A stretch of 63,768 bases of DNA, filler included. It is 4 parts of 4 records of this genome, joined end to end, with 100 filler letters (N's around TTAATTAATTAA, not from the genome) between each part and the next. Parts side by side here need not be neighbours in the genome. Positions count along the whole stretch, not along the records: positions 1 to 29,509 come from SRR20825010_1300; positions 29,610 to 44,700 come from SRR20825010_1307; 2 more parts are not named here. One strand, written 5' to 3'. Positions 28,263 to 37,622 of this stretch are shown one piece after another; the first letter of the stretch is position 1, and the number at the start of each line of letters is the position of its first letter. The notes beneath the pieces were generated by a model. The model did not search any database. It had not been told where the DNA came from and was given only the letters and a program-made list of their open reading frames with translations. A program made the translations under genes and the position numbers.

Positions 28263-28727
28263 TCACTTTTTCTTGTTTTTCTTTTTTCCTTTTTTTCCTG
28301 ATTCTTTCTTGTTTTTTTTATCTGACTTTTTATTTTTCTTCTTGGACTTTTTATCGCCCTTTTCTGACTTGGGTTTGACTGGCTTCAGTGCCTTGCCTTT
28401 ATTGCTACTCTTTTTGTTTTTGGATTTCTTGGTGTCTTTGGCCGGTTTGCCGGCGCCGTCTTTGGCGGAGGTAACAGTTTTGGCAGCAGGTTTGCTCGCC
28501 GATGGTGTGGCTGGATTGAACAGGTCAAGAGCAACGGCGTGGAAGCGGCGGAGGCAGTAGCGCACCTGGCCAATAGACAAGCCGGATTCATCGGCGGCCT
28601 GTTGCTGGGTGCTGCCCATGTCCAAGGCCAGCAAGGCTTTGGCACGGGGGCCGTTGGGGGCAGGCTGATTGCTTTGGGTTTGGCAGATCTTGCGTTGTTG
28701 CGCGGTCAGTAAGGAAGTGGTGGCCAC
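28263..28727 (-). CDS. Hypothetical protein: N-terminal HTH plus Lys-rich low-complexity tail
   Basis: GTG at 28727 after GAGGGG RBS; RAKALLALDMGSTQQQAADESGLSIGQVRYCLRRF HTH-like; tail KKSKKKNKKSDKKNKK. Confidence 0.7.
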   Translation of the reverse strand: MATTSLLTAQQRKICQTQSNQPAPNGPRAKALLALDMGSTQQQAADESGLSIGQVRYCLRRFHAVALDLFNPATPSASKPAAKTVTSAKDGAGKPAKDTKKSKNKKSSNKGKALKPVKPKSEKGDKKSKKKNKKSDKKNKKESGKKGKKKNKKK

Positions 28728-28843
28728 GGATTGTCCCCTCGGTGAGATTTGCGAGTAAAGCCAAAACCCCACCTTAGGGGCAAGCGCGGTGCGAGGCAAA
28801 AAAACTTTTTTGCTGTAAAAAAAGTGAAATGTTATTGCCTGGA

Positions 28844-29383
28844 TTACGCCTGCTTTTCCATCATGTCGGCTTGCAGAATTTCGATCCAGTAACCATCCGG
28901 GTCCTTGATAAAGGCGAGGCCTTTCATCTTTCCGTCATCAGGACGTTTGATGAAGTCCACGCCGAGTTTTTCGAAGCGCTCCGCCGCTGCGTAAACGTCG
29001 GGAACGGTAATGCCGATATGACCAAAGCCCTGGGGCTCGGCATTGCCATCGTGGTAGGAAAAGTCTGCGTCATCTTCAGTGCCCCAGTTGTGGGTCAGCT
29101 CAAGCATGGCTTCGCGGCCAAAGGTGTAAGTCAGCCGCTTGGCGGCATTTGCAGGCACATCGCCGGCGTCTTCTTCACTCAGGTAGCCAAGGAAGTAGAG
29201 ACTGAATTGCATCTCCGGAAAGTCCAGCTTGCGAACCAACCGCATGCCGAGCACGCGAGTGTAAAAGTCCAGGCTGGATTTTGGGTCTTTGATGCGTAGC
29301 ATGGTCTGGTTGAACAGGTATTCGTGGGTAACTTCATCGGGGTGTTCGAACAGGCCTTCGGCTTTTTCAAAGTGGCGAGACAT
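28844..29383 (-). CDS. gloA: Lactoylglutathione lyase, long (Zn-activated class) form
   Basis: [35 protein letters not shown]; 179 aa with internal insertion. Confidence 0.93.
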   Translation of the reverse strand: MSRHFEKAEGLFEHPDEVTHEYLFNQTMLRIKDPKSSLDFYTRVLGMRLVRKLDFPEMQFSLYFLGYLSEEDAGDVPANAAKRLTYTFGREAMLELTHNWGTEDDADFSYHDGNAEPQGFGHIGITVPDVYAAAERFEKLGVDFIKRPDDGKMKGLAFIKDPDGYWIEILQADMMEKQA

Positions 29384-29480
29384 GGGGGCTCCTAATCAGT
29401 GTGGCACAGGGATTTAAAGAATGTCGGGATGGTAGGGAGGGAATGCAAGCCTTGACGGAAAGAAGATATCTACAAAGGCG

Positions 29481-29509
29481 CTGTAGGAGCACCGCTTGAG
29501 GTGCGAACC
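29481..29509 (+). repeat. REP-like palindrome at right end of contig 1
   Basis: CTGTAGGAGCACCGCTTGAGGTGCGAACC, inverted copy of 1-24. Confidence 0.75.
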
Positions 29510-29609
29510 NNNNNNNNNNNNNNNNNNNNNNNNNNNNNNNNNNNNNNNNNNNNTTAATTAATTAANNNNNNNNNNNNNNNNNNNNNNNNNNNNNNNNNNN
29601 NNNNNNNNN
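29510..29609. other. Artificial contig spacer
   Basis: N-run, TTAATTAATTAA (stops in six frames), N-run; 100 nt. Confidence 0.99.
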
Positions 29610-30704
29610 GGCGTGCCGATTGCCATGTGGGCGGATCGTTCTAATCGCCGCAACATCATCGCGCTGGCCGTCACGCTGTTTTCGGGCATGACCTTTGTCT
29701 GTGCCTTTGTCACCAGCTTTGCGCAACTGGCGCTGGCCCGCATCGGCGTCGGCGTGGGTGAGGCAGGCTCTGGCCCGCCTTCACATTCAATGATTGCCGA
29801 CATGTATCCGCCGGAAAAGCGGGCGGCCGCCATGGGCGTTTACTCGCTCGGCATTAATATCGGTATTCTTGTCGGTTTTCTGGTCGGTGGCTGGGTCAGT
29901 CAATGGTATGGCTGGCGGGTGGCCTTTATGCTGGTCGGTGTGCCGGGACTGGTTATCGCCCTCCTTGTGCGTTTCACGCTCAAGGAACCTTCGAGGGGGC
30001 ATTCCGATGGCATAGTCGGACAGAGCGCGTTGCCAGCACCTTCGGTAGGTCAAGTCTTCAAGCTCCTCTGGTCTCAGAAGTCATTTCGTCACCTCTCCTT
30101 TGCGGCAGCACTTGCGGCTATGGGTGGCTATGCGGGCGTCAACTGGCTACCCGCTTTTCTTCATCGTTCTTATGAAATGAAGGGCGGCGAGATCGGCACT
30201 TGGCTTGCTCTCATCATCGGCTTTGCCGGTGGCGCGGGCACCTACCTCACGGGATGGCTTGCTGATCACTTCGGCAAGCGTGATGTGCGTTGGAACCTTT
30301 GGGTTGTTGCGATCATTGCAGCGCTTTGCTTTCCCTTCTCTGTCGCGATGTACACATCTTACGAGAAATATACGACGCTGATGTTGTTCATCTTCCCGGC
30401 TTTTGCGGGCGCAGCTTACATCGCACCAGCTCTTGCCATGACACAGTCACTGGTGACCTTGCGTATGCGCGCGCAGGCATCAGCCATTCTACTGCTCATC
30501 CTCAACCTCATCGGCATGGGCATGGGGCCGCAACTCGCAGGCATTTTGTCAGACGTCTATAATCCGGCCTATGGCGAGGAATCCCTGCGCTATGCATTGC
30601 TGACCATTGCCGTGGTCTGGCTCTGGGCAGCTGTACATTTTTTTCTTGCGGCCCGAACCCTCAAGGAAGATATCGCAAGAGCGCGAGCTTTCGGAACGGT
30701 CTGA
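29610..30704 (+). CDS. MFS transporter, spinster-like (5' truncated by contig edge)
   Basis: WADRSNRR motif A, RIGVGVGEAG, IADMYPPEKRA, multiple TM helices. Confidence 0.9.
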   Translation, partial: GVPIAMWADRSNRRNIIALAVTLFSGMTFVCAFVTSFAQLALARIGVGVGEAGSGPPSHSMIADMYPPEKRAAAMGVYSLGINIGILVGFLVGGWVSQWYGWRVAFMLVGVPGLVIALLVRFTLKEPSRGHSDGIVGQSALPAPSVGQVFKLLWSQKSFRHLSFAAALAAMGGYAGVNWLPAFLHRSYEMKGGEIGTWLALIIGFAGGAGTYLTGWLADHFGKRDVRWNLWVVAIIAALCFPFSVAMYTSYEKYTTLMLFIFPAFAGAAYIAPALAMTQSLVTLRMRAQASAILLLILNLIGMGMGPQLAGILSDVYNPAYGEESLRYALLTIAVVWLWAAVHFFLAARTLKEDIARARAFGTV

Positions 30705-30741
30705 AGCCGAGAATTCCGGAACCAGATATATCATCTTCGAC

Positions 30742-30771
30742 AAAGGGGAGAGCTTCGGCTCTCCCCTTTTT
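30742..30771 (+). terminator. Rho-independent terminator
   Basis: AAAGGGGAGAGC-TTCG-GCTCTCCCCTTTTT. Confidence 0.9.
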
Positions 30772-30875
30772 GTTGGAAATCGCCCTGTGTCATCTTGGCC
30801 ACGGGTTAAAAAATTTACGAAGCTTACTGAAGATCTAGGACCGACAATCCGCAGACTTCTGGAGCTGCGTGAACG

Positions 30876-30893
30876 ATGTCATATGACAGACAT
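30876..30893 (+). promoter_or_regulatory. Putative Pho box upstream of pstS
   Basis: ATGTCAT-ATGA-CAGACAT resembles CTGTCAT-N4-CTGTCAT. Confidence 0.6.
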
Positions 30894-30992
30894 AAATCCG
30901 TTGCATGTTCTTCACCGGGTGAAATTAGGAGTCGCACCGGGGCGGGAAACCGCCGTGGTCCTGCCTTTCTCAATCAAAAGGTCTTAACTCCT

Positions 30993-31958
30993 ATGAAGCC
31001 CATCGGAATTCTTCTGGGTGCGCTTGCGGTGAGCCTCACAGCCACCAGCGCGTTCGCCATCGACATTGATAGCCGCTACCAGCCGTATCAGCAGACCTCT
31101 GGTGTCTCCGGAAGCCTGAAGTCCATCGGTTCGGACACTCTGAACAATCTTATGACGCTGTGGTCGGAAGGCTTCCGCGCCAAATACCCGACAGTCAAAA
31201 TCGAAGTAGAAGGCAAAGGTTCTTCCACAGCCCCGCCTGCACTCATTGCAGGTACTTCGCAGCTCGGCCCGATGTCGCGTGAAATGAAGTCCGCCGAAAT
31301 CGACAGCTTCGAGCAGAAGTTCGGCTACAAGCCCACTCAGGTTCGTGTTGCGGTGGACGCTCTCGCCGTCTTCATTCACAAGGACAACCCGCTCACCTGC
31401 CTGACGCTCTCGCAGATCGACGGTATGTTTTCCAAGGGCCGTCTCTCCGGTTCGCCTGCCATCACCACATGGGGCCAGCTTGGTCTCAAGGGGGAATGGG
31501 CCGACAAGCCGATCTCGCTCTTTGGTCGTAATTCCGCTTCCGGTACCTATGGTTACTTCAAGGAAGTCACCATGCTGAATGGCGACTATAGCGACAGCGT
31601 CAAGGAACAGCCCGGTTCGTCCGCCGTTGTTCAGGGCGTTGCTTCCGACAAATATGCCATCGGTTACTCGGGCATCGGTTATCGTACAGCCGACGTCAAG
31701 GCCGTGGACATTGCCGATCGCAATGGCCAGTGCCAGGCTGCCAATCAGCAGAACGCCTATACAGGCGCCTATTCGATTGCCCGTTTCCTCTACATCTATG
31801 TGAACAAGAACCCGTCCGAAGCTCTCAGCCCGCTGCTGGGTGAGTTCTTCAGCTTTGTTCTGTCTAAGGATGGTCAGCAGGACACAGCAAAAGATGGCTA
31901 CTTCCCCATGCCTTATGTCTATGCCGATCAGGAACGCTCCAAGCTCGGCCTGAAATAA
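30993..31958 (+). CDS. pstS: Phosphate ABC transporter substrate-binding protein
   Basis: Signal peptide, GSDTL, GSSTAPPAL, GRNSASGTY, YSGIGY, ARFLYIY. Confidence 0.95.
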   Translation: MKPIGILLGALAVSLTATSAFAIDIDSRYQPYQQTSGVSGSLKSIGSDTLNNLMTLWSEGFRAKYPTVKIEVEGKGSSTAPPALIAGTSQLGPMSREMKSAEIDSFEQKFGYKPTQVRVAVDALAVFIHKDNPLTCLTLSQIDGMFSKGRLSGSPAITTWGQLGLKGEWADKPISLFGRNSASGTYGYFKEVTMLNGDYSDSVKEQPGSSAVVQGVASDKYAIGYSGIGYRTADVKAVDIADRNGQCQAANQQNAYTGAYSIARFLYIYVNKNPSEALSPLLGEFFSFVLSKDGQQDTAKDGYFPMPYVYADQERSKLGLK

Positions 31959-31966
31959 CGATTGTT

Positions 31967-31999
31967 AGCCGGCGGGGCCAGTCCCCGCCGGTTTTCTTT
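31967..31999 (+). terminator. Stem-loop after pstS (terminator or mRNA stabiliser)
   Basis: AGCCGGCGGGG-CCAGT-CCCCGCCGGTT then TTCTTT. Confidence 0.7.
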
Positions 32000-32069
32000 A
32001 TCTGACAGCTTGCGCCGCCCTGTGGCGCATTCTGTTTGCCCCTTGCCCCGATTTCAGTATGTGACGCCG

Positions 32070-34715
32070 ATGACCGACATAACTGCCCAGCCCGCTCCGG
32101 ATGCCAAGGGCCCGCGCCCGTCAGTGGTCTATAAGCGATCAAAGAATACGAAATCCTCGGTCATATGGGCCGATCGTCTCGCGGGGCGCGTCATCACGGT
32201 TGGCGGCCTGTTCGTCATCCTGACGGTCTTTGCCATCATGATGTTTCTCATTGCCGTGACCATGCCGCTATTCGGCTCCGGCACGGCCAGTGAACCCCGC
32301 CTCTACTCGCTGTCCCTTTCCGATGGGCCAGTCATTTCCACCTCAATTGATGAATACGCGACGCTTGGGCTGGAGTTGACCCGTTCCGGCCACCTCACAA
32401 CATTCCATGCACCCAGCGGAGAACACATCGGCAGCGCATCGTTTGATTTCGGTGGCGAAACACCCTCAGCCTTTGCGCGCACATTGCAGGGCGAAGATCT
32501 TGCCTTCGGATTTACGGATGGAACGGTGCGTCTCGGGGCGCTGGCCATCAAGAGCCGAATTGTGCCGCCTTCTGCCTTGCCTTCCATGCTCACCACATTG
32601 CCGGGCGGCGACCGCACTGATGGCGCAGCCATTTATTTTGGTGTTGCGGGCGACCAGACTCGTAAGTCCGAACCTGAGCTTTCGTTGGAGGAGCCGGTGC
32701 AGGTTGCGCCAGTGGGAACACCCATTCGTTTTCTGGACTACCGGGTCGGTGGCACGGCCGAGCGACCCACGCGCATTTTCGTGTCGGTCGATGCGCTCGG
32801 CACCGCGCGGATGAGCGCGGCCTATAGCCAGTTCAATATGATGACAGGCGAAGTCAGCACCTCCATCGTCAATACCGAAGTGCCCACGGGTCTCGATGCA
32901 TCGGGCATCGCCTCCGTATTGCTCAATACAACCGGCGACCGTTTGCTTGTTCTGACAAACGATGGCCTGCTCCATCGCTATGACACACGTGATCCTGCAA
33001 AGGCGCGGCAAGTCGAGACGCGTCGTGTTCTGCCCGCCGGTGTGACACCCACAGCAGTGACTTATCTAAACGGCGAGAATTCACTCATCGTTGCAGGTTC
33101 AGATGCGTCTCTGGTTATCTGGAGCCAGATCGATCGCCGGACAGACATTACACCGCCGGATTCCGGGGATGGCAATGTCCTGACCCTTATCCATGATTTT
33201 GGACGTCAGCCCGCACCGCTCACTCATTTTGGCGTTAGCCAACGCACGCGCCTCTTTGTCGGGGCGGATTCAACAGGTGAAGTCGCGCTTTATCACGCGA
33301 CGACTGAACGCCGTGTCCTCACTTTTCCCGGTGGAGACAAAGCCCCGCTTTCCGCGCTTATCCTTGCCCCGCGTGACGACAATGTACTGGCAATAGACGA
33401 AAAGGGTGGCGTGCGCCTCTGGGCTTTCAATGTGCCTCATCCGGAAACGACCTTCACATCGCTTTTTGGTAAGGTCTGGTACGAAGGCTATCCAGAACCC
33501 GGTTACACATGGCAATCCACATCGGGCACCGACAGCGCCGAACCCAAACTGTCTCTGGTGCCGCTTATTTTCGGCACGATTAAAGGCGCCATTTATTCGC
33601 TTCTCTTCGCAGTACCCATCGCACTTTTAGCGGCCATCTATACAGCCGAATTCATGCACCACCGTGTGCGTGCCGTAGTTAAACCTCTGATGGAACTCAT
33701 GGCCTCGCTGCCCTCGGTTGTCATCGGCTTTGTTGTCGCCCTGGTTCTCTCACCCATCGTCGAAAACTGGATCGCTGCCATTGTTATTGCCTTCGGCGTG
33801 GTCCCGATTACGCTGATCGGACTGGCCTTTGTCTGGCAACTCCTGCCACAACCTCTTGCGCTGCGTCTCGACGGCTTGCCAAAACTTGCCGCCTTCTTTC
33901 TTGGTATGATTTTCGCGGTTTGGCTGGCTATGCGCGCCGGTCCCTTGCTTGAACGGGGGTTTTTCGGTGGCGACTTCAAGGCCTGGACGTCAGGGCAGGG
34001 GTCTGCCGCACCGTTTATCTTCCTGCTCATTTTGCCAGTCACATTCCTAGCGACCTTCGGCATTGGTGGCCGCATTCTGGGACAGTCTTGGCGCGAGCGT
34101 TTGCGCGGCAAGCCCTATCACATTGCCGGCGCGCTGGAGCTTGGCCGTTGGCTTATGTTCACCCTGATCTCGCTCGTGCTTGCAGCAATTCTCGCCTCGC
34201 TCCTCGGTGCGGGCGGTTTTGATGCACGTGGCGGACTGGTCGATACCTATATCCAGCGCAATACGCTGATTGCCTCATTCGGCATGGCCTTTGCGGTGAT
34301 CCCCATCATCTATTCCATTGCCGAGGATGCGCTGGGCGCGGTGCCCGAACATTTGCGCTCCGCTTCGCTTGGCTGCGGGGCGACCCGCTGGCAGACCGCC
34401 GCCTGGGTCATTTTGCCCACCGCCGGATCGGGTATTTTTTCTGCCATTATGATCGGACTTGGCCGTGCGGTTGGTGAAACCATGATCGTGGTCATGGCGA
34501 CAGGCAATACGCCTATTCTCGATTGGTCACTTTTCAACGGCCTGCGTGCGCTTTCGGCCAATATCAACGTCGAACTCCCCGAAGCCGTGAAAGACTCGAG
34601 CCTCTATCGCACACTCTTCCTCTGCGGTTTGGTGCTCTTTGTCATGACCTTCGTGCTCAACACATTGGCTGAATTGGTGCGCCAGCGCTTCCGCAAAAGG
34701 GCGGCGCAACTGTGA
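32070..34715 (+). CDS. pstC: Long-form phosphate ABC permease PstC with large periplasmic (WD40/propeller-like) domain
   Basis: KVWYEGY, LVPLIFGTIKG, KPLMELMASLPSVV, AEDAL, GRAVGETMIV; position in pstSCAB. Confidence 0.9.
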   Translation: MTDITAQPAPDAKGPRPSVVYKRSKNTKSSVIWADRLAGRVITVGGLFVILTVFAIMMFLIAVTMPLFGSGTASEPRLYSLSLSDGPVISTSIDEYATLGLELTRSGHLTTFHAPSGEHIGSASFDFGGETPSAFARTLQGEDLAFGFTDGTVRLGALAIKSRIVPPSALPSMLTTLPGGDRTDGAAIYFGVAGDQTRKSEPELSLEEPVQVAPVGTPIRFLDYRVGGTAERPTRIFVSVDALGTARMSAAYSQFNMMTGEVSTSIVNTEVPTGLDASGIASVLLNTTGDRLLVLTNDGLLHRYDTRDPAKARQVETRRVLPAGVTPTAVTYLNGENSLIVAGSDASLVIWSQIDRRTDITPPDSGDGNVLTLIHDFGRQPAPLTHFGVSQRTRLFVGADSTGEVALYHATTERRVLTFPGGDKAPLSALILAPRDDNVLAIDEKGGVRLWAFNVPHPETTFTSLFGKVWYEGYPEPGYTWQSTSGTDSAEPKLSLVPLIFGTIKGAIYSLLFAVPIALLAAIYTAEFMHHRVRAVVKPLMELMASLPSVVIGFVVALVLSPIVENWIAAIVIAFGVVPITLIGLAFVWQLLPQPLALRLDGLPKLAAFFLGMIFAVWLAMRAGPLLERGFFGGDFKAWTSGQGSAAPFIFLLILPVTFLATFGIGGRILGQSWRERLRGKPYHIAGALELGRWLMFTLISLVLAAILASLLGAGGFDARGGLVDTYIQRNTLIASFGMAFAVIPIIYSIAEDALGAVPEHLRSASLGCGATRWQTAAWVILPTAGSGIFSAIMIGLGRAVGETMIVVMATGNTPILDWSLFNGLRALSANINVELPEAVKDSSLYRTLFLCGLVLFVMTFVLNTLAELVRQRFRKRAAQL

Positions 34716-36517
34716 AATCACAAATATCCGAATCCGAAAATACAGCAGCCGGAACAGACATGGTCGATATTGCAGGTACGAGTGACGGGATGCTAGTGCC
34801 CGAAAACAAGGCAAAGGCACCGGCCTCCCGATTTGTCTTTACGCGCCGCAAAGGCAGCGACTTAACCGCTCGCGGTGAGCCCATGGTCTGGGCCATGGGC
34901 GGATCGCTGGCGCTGGGCCTTTTGATGATTACAGGTTTTCTCGCCCTGATCTTCTGGAACGGCTTCACAGCCTTTTGGCCCAAACCTCTAGAAATTGTGA
35001 CCATGAGTTCCGGTCGGACCATTGCGGGCGAGCCGTTGCGCACTGAGGCCTATCGCCCCACAGCGCAAGCATTGTCTGCTCTGCCTGATGCAGAGCGTAA
35101 TGCAATCATTGCCGGTGCTGGTTTTGCTGATCGCACACTCTATCGTGTGGGCAATTACGACTTCTACAATAACGACTTTGTATGGGTCCCCGATTTCGAA
35201 GTTGTCACGCGCAGTCGTCCGGACGATCTGGTGCTGGTCGAACGTCAGGAATGGGGCGTCTTTATCGGGCGTATTCTTGCTCTCGATCTGGCAGGCAAGC
35301 GCATCGATAATCCCGATGAAGCAACATTGGATACCGAGCATAATCGTGCCCGTGCCTTACGGCAGGACCGCATGGCGATTGAGCGTGGTGGTATCGGTGA
35401 GATCAATGACGAGATGAATGACCTCCGTCTGTCCGTCCGCCGCGCCGAAATCAAATACGGCACCGGATCGAAGCAGATGCAGGAGGCCGCCGAACATGCG
35501 AAGGAAGAAACCGCGCAACTGACAACGATTTTTACAAGACTTTCAGATGATGTTCTGGCGATCCGTTCAAGAGATGAGGCGCTCAAAGCCGAAGTCGCCG
35601 ATATCAATGGAACGATCCGCGTTTTCCCGCTCTCCGATTTTGTTCGCTACTATCAGGCGAACAGTCTTGGAGTGATGCAGAAAATCAGTATCTATCTCGC
35701 GCGCTGGTGGGAGTTCCTGTCCGATGAACCCCGCGAAGCCAATACCGAGGGTGGTGTCTGGCCTGCTATTTTCGGTACTTTGGTCATGACCATTGTCATG
35801 AGCCTGATGGTTGCGCCCTTCGGTGTCATGGCAGCGCTCTATTTGCGCGAATATGCAAAACAGGGCCGCATGGTCGCATTGGTGCGTATTTGCGTGAACA
35901 ACCTCGCTGGCGTGCCTTCTATCGTCTATGGCGTTTTCGGCCTGGGTTTCTTTGCCTATGTGCTCGGCGGTTCCATTGATCAGCTTTTCTATCCCGAGCG
36001 CCTGCCTGCTCCCACATTCGGCACGGGCGGTCTTCTCTGGGCCTCTCTCACTTTGGCGTTGCTCACAGTACCCGTCGTGATTGTCGCCACAGAAGAATCT
36101 CTGGCCGCCGTGCCGCGCTCCATGCGTGAGGGTTCGCTGGCTTGCGGCGCGTCGAAATGGCAGACCATTAAATGGATTGTTCTGCCGCGCGCTATGCCGG
36201 GCATCATGACAGGTCTCATCCTTGCCATGGCCCGAGGCGCAGGCGAAGTTGCGCCATTAATGATCGTCGGCGTCGTCAAACTTGCGCCCGAGCTTCCGGT
36301 TGATGCGGTGTTTCCCTTTGTGCATCTGGAACGCTCCTTCATGCATTTGGGGTTCCACATCTATGACGTCGGCTTCCAGTCGCGCAATTCAGAGGCAGGC
36401 CGCGCCATGGTCTTTGTCACTGCATTGGTGCTGATTGTCCTCGTACTGGTTCTCAATGCTGTTTCCATCAATGTCCGCAATCGGCTGAAGCGTCGCTTCG
36501 CCGGCGACAAGTTCTGA
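34712..36517 (+). CDS. pstA: Long-form phosphate ABC permease PstA with coiled-coil periplasmic domain
   Basis: PREANTEGGVWPAIFGT, NLAGVPSIVYG, ARGAGEVAPL, HLGFHIYD. Confidence 0.93.
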   Translation: MKSQISESENTAAGTDMVDIAGTSDGMLVPENKAKAPASRFVFTRRKGSDLTARGEPMVWAMGGSLALGLLMITGFLALIFWNGFTAFWPKPLEIVTMSSGRTIAGEPLRTEAYRPTAQALSALPDAERNAIIAGAGFADRTLYRVGNYDFYNNDFVWVPDFEVVTRSRPDDLVLVERQEWGVFIGRILALDLAGKRIDNPDEATLDTEHNRARALRQDRMAIERGGIGEINDEMNDLRLSVRRAEIKYGTGSKQMQEAAEHAKEETAQLTTIFTRLSDDVLAIRSRDEALKAEVADINGTIRVFPLSDFVRYYQANSLGVMQKISIYLARWWEFLSDEPREANTEGGVWPAIFGTLVMTIVMSLMVAPFGVMAALYLREYAKQGRMVALVRICVNNLAGVPSIVYGVFGLGFFAYVLGGSIDQLFYPERLPAPTFGTGGLLWASLTLALLTVPVVIVATEESLAAVPRSMREGSLACGASKWQTIKWIVLPRAMPGIMTGLILAMARGAGEVAPLMIVGVVKLAPELPVDAVFPFVHLERSFMHLGFHIYDVGFQSRNSEAGRAMVFVTALVLIVLVLVLNAVSINVRNRLKRRFAGDKF

Positions 36518-36553
36518 CATCAGCTTTCTGGTTTGCTTTAAAGGATTATTCGC

Positions 36554-37405
36554 ATGGCCACCGCAACGGCAGCACGCAAAGACGAGATGCACCCCTCTGC
36601 CGCACAGGATCACTATGATCCGACCGTCTATCATCCGGTGACAAGCCCCACCGGCGTCGAGATCTCCATCCGGAATTTCAAACTCTGGTATGGCGCGTCG
36701 CAGGCATTGCACGGCATTGATATGGAAATCCAGAAGGGCATGGTGACATCGCTCATCGGTCCCTCGGGCTGCGGCAAATCCACTTTGCTTCGCTCCCTCA
36801 ATCGCATGAATGACCTGATTGATAATCTGCGCGTCTCAGGCGAGGTCCATTTGTCCGGCGAACCTATCTTTGGCCCGCAGGTTGATGTCATCGCGCTCAG
36901 AAAACGCATGGGCATGGTGTTCCAGAAGCCAAACCCCTTTCCAATGACCATTGCCGAAAATGTTACATATCCGTTGAAGGTCGATGGCGTGACCAACAAG
37001 AAGTTGCTTGCCGAGGCGTGTGAAAGCGCGCTCAAGGGCGCCGCTCTCTGGGAGGAGGTCAAGGATCGTCTTAATGACAGTGCACTGGGCCTGTCAGGTG
37101 GCCAGCAGCAGCGCTTGTGCATTGCCCGCGCCATTGCCGGCAATCCCGAAGTGCTTCTCATGGACGAACCTTGCTCTGCGCTGGACCCCATTGCCACTAT
37201 GCGTATCGAGCAGCTCATTGAAGAGCTGAAAGCCAGCTACACGATCGTCATCGTGACGCATAACATGCAGCAGGCCGCACGCGTCTCTGACAATACCGCG
37301 TTCATGTATCTTGGCCGCCTCATTGAGTACGGCGAGACGAAAAATGTCTTCACCAATCCGTCTTCCACCCGCACCGAAGAATATGTCACAGGCCGCTTTG
37401 GCTGA
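36554..37405 (+). CDS. pstB: Phosphate ABC transporter ATP-binding protein
   Basis: [42 protein letters not shown]. Confidence 0.97.
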   Translation: MATATAARKDEMHPSAAQDHYDPTVYHPVTSPTGVEISIRNFKLWYGASQALHGIDMEIQKGMVTSLIGPSGCGKSTLLRSLNRMNDLIDNLRVSGEVHLSGEPIFGPQVDVIALRKRMGMVFQKPNPFPMTIAENVTYPLKVDGVTNKKLLAEACESALKGAALWEEVKDRLNDSALGLSGGQQQRLCIARAIAGNPEVLLMDEPCSALDPIATMRIEQLIEELKASYTIVIVTHNMQQAARVSDNTAFMYLGRLIEYGETKNVFTNPSSTRTEEYVTGRFG

Positions 37406-37478
37406 TTGACCGGTTTCCAACGGTGTGCGTGTCACGAAAACCTTGGAGGATCGTCCACCCCGTTCCTCGCAACTCAAT

Positions 37479-37505
37479 GCCCCGCCCCACTCGGCGGGGC
37501 TTTTT
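37479..37505 (+). terminator. Terminator after pstB
   Basis: GCCCCGCC-CCACTC-GGCGGGGC then TTTTT. Confidence 0.8.
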
Positions 37506-37562
37506 CTATCTTACTTTATAGGCATTGGTGGCTGGGCATTTTCACTTGGCAGTAGCACAAAC

Positions 37563-37592
37563 AAAAACCCCCGCCGGTTTCCCGACGGGGGC
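37563..37592 (-). terminator. Terminator of the porin gene
   Basis: Minus strand CCCCGTCGG..CCGGCGGGG followed by GTTTTT. Confidence 0.65.
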
Positions 37593-37622
37593 CTTCGCCT
37601 GATAGGTCTTGCGAGGAACTGA

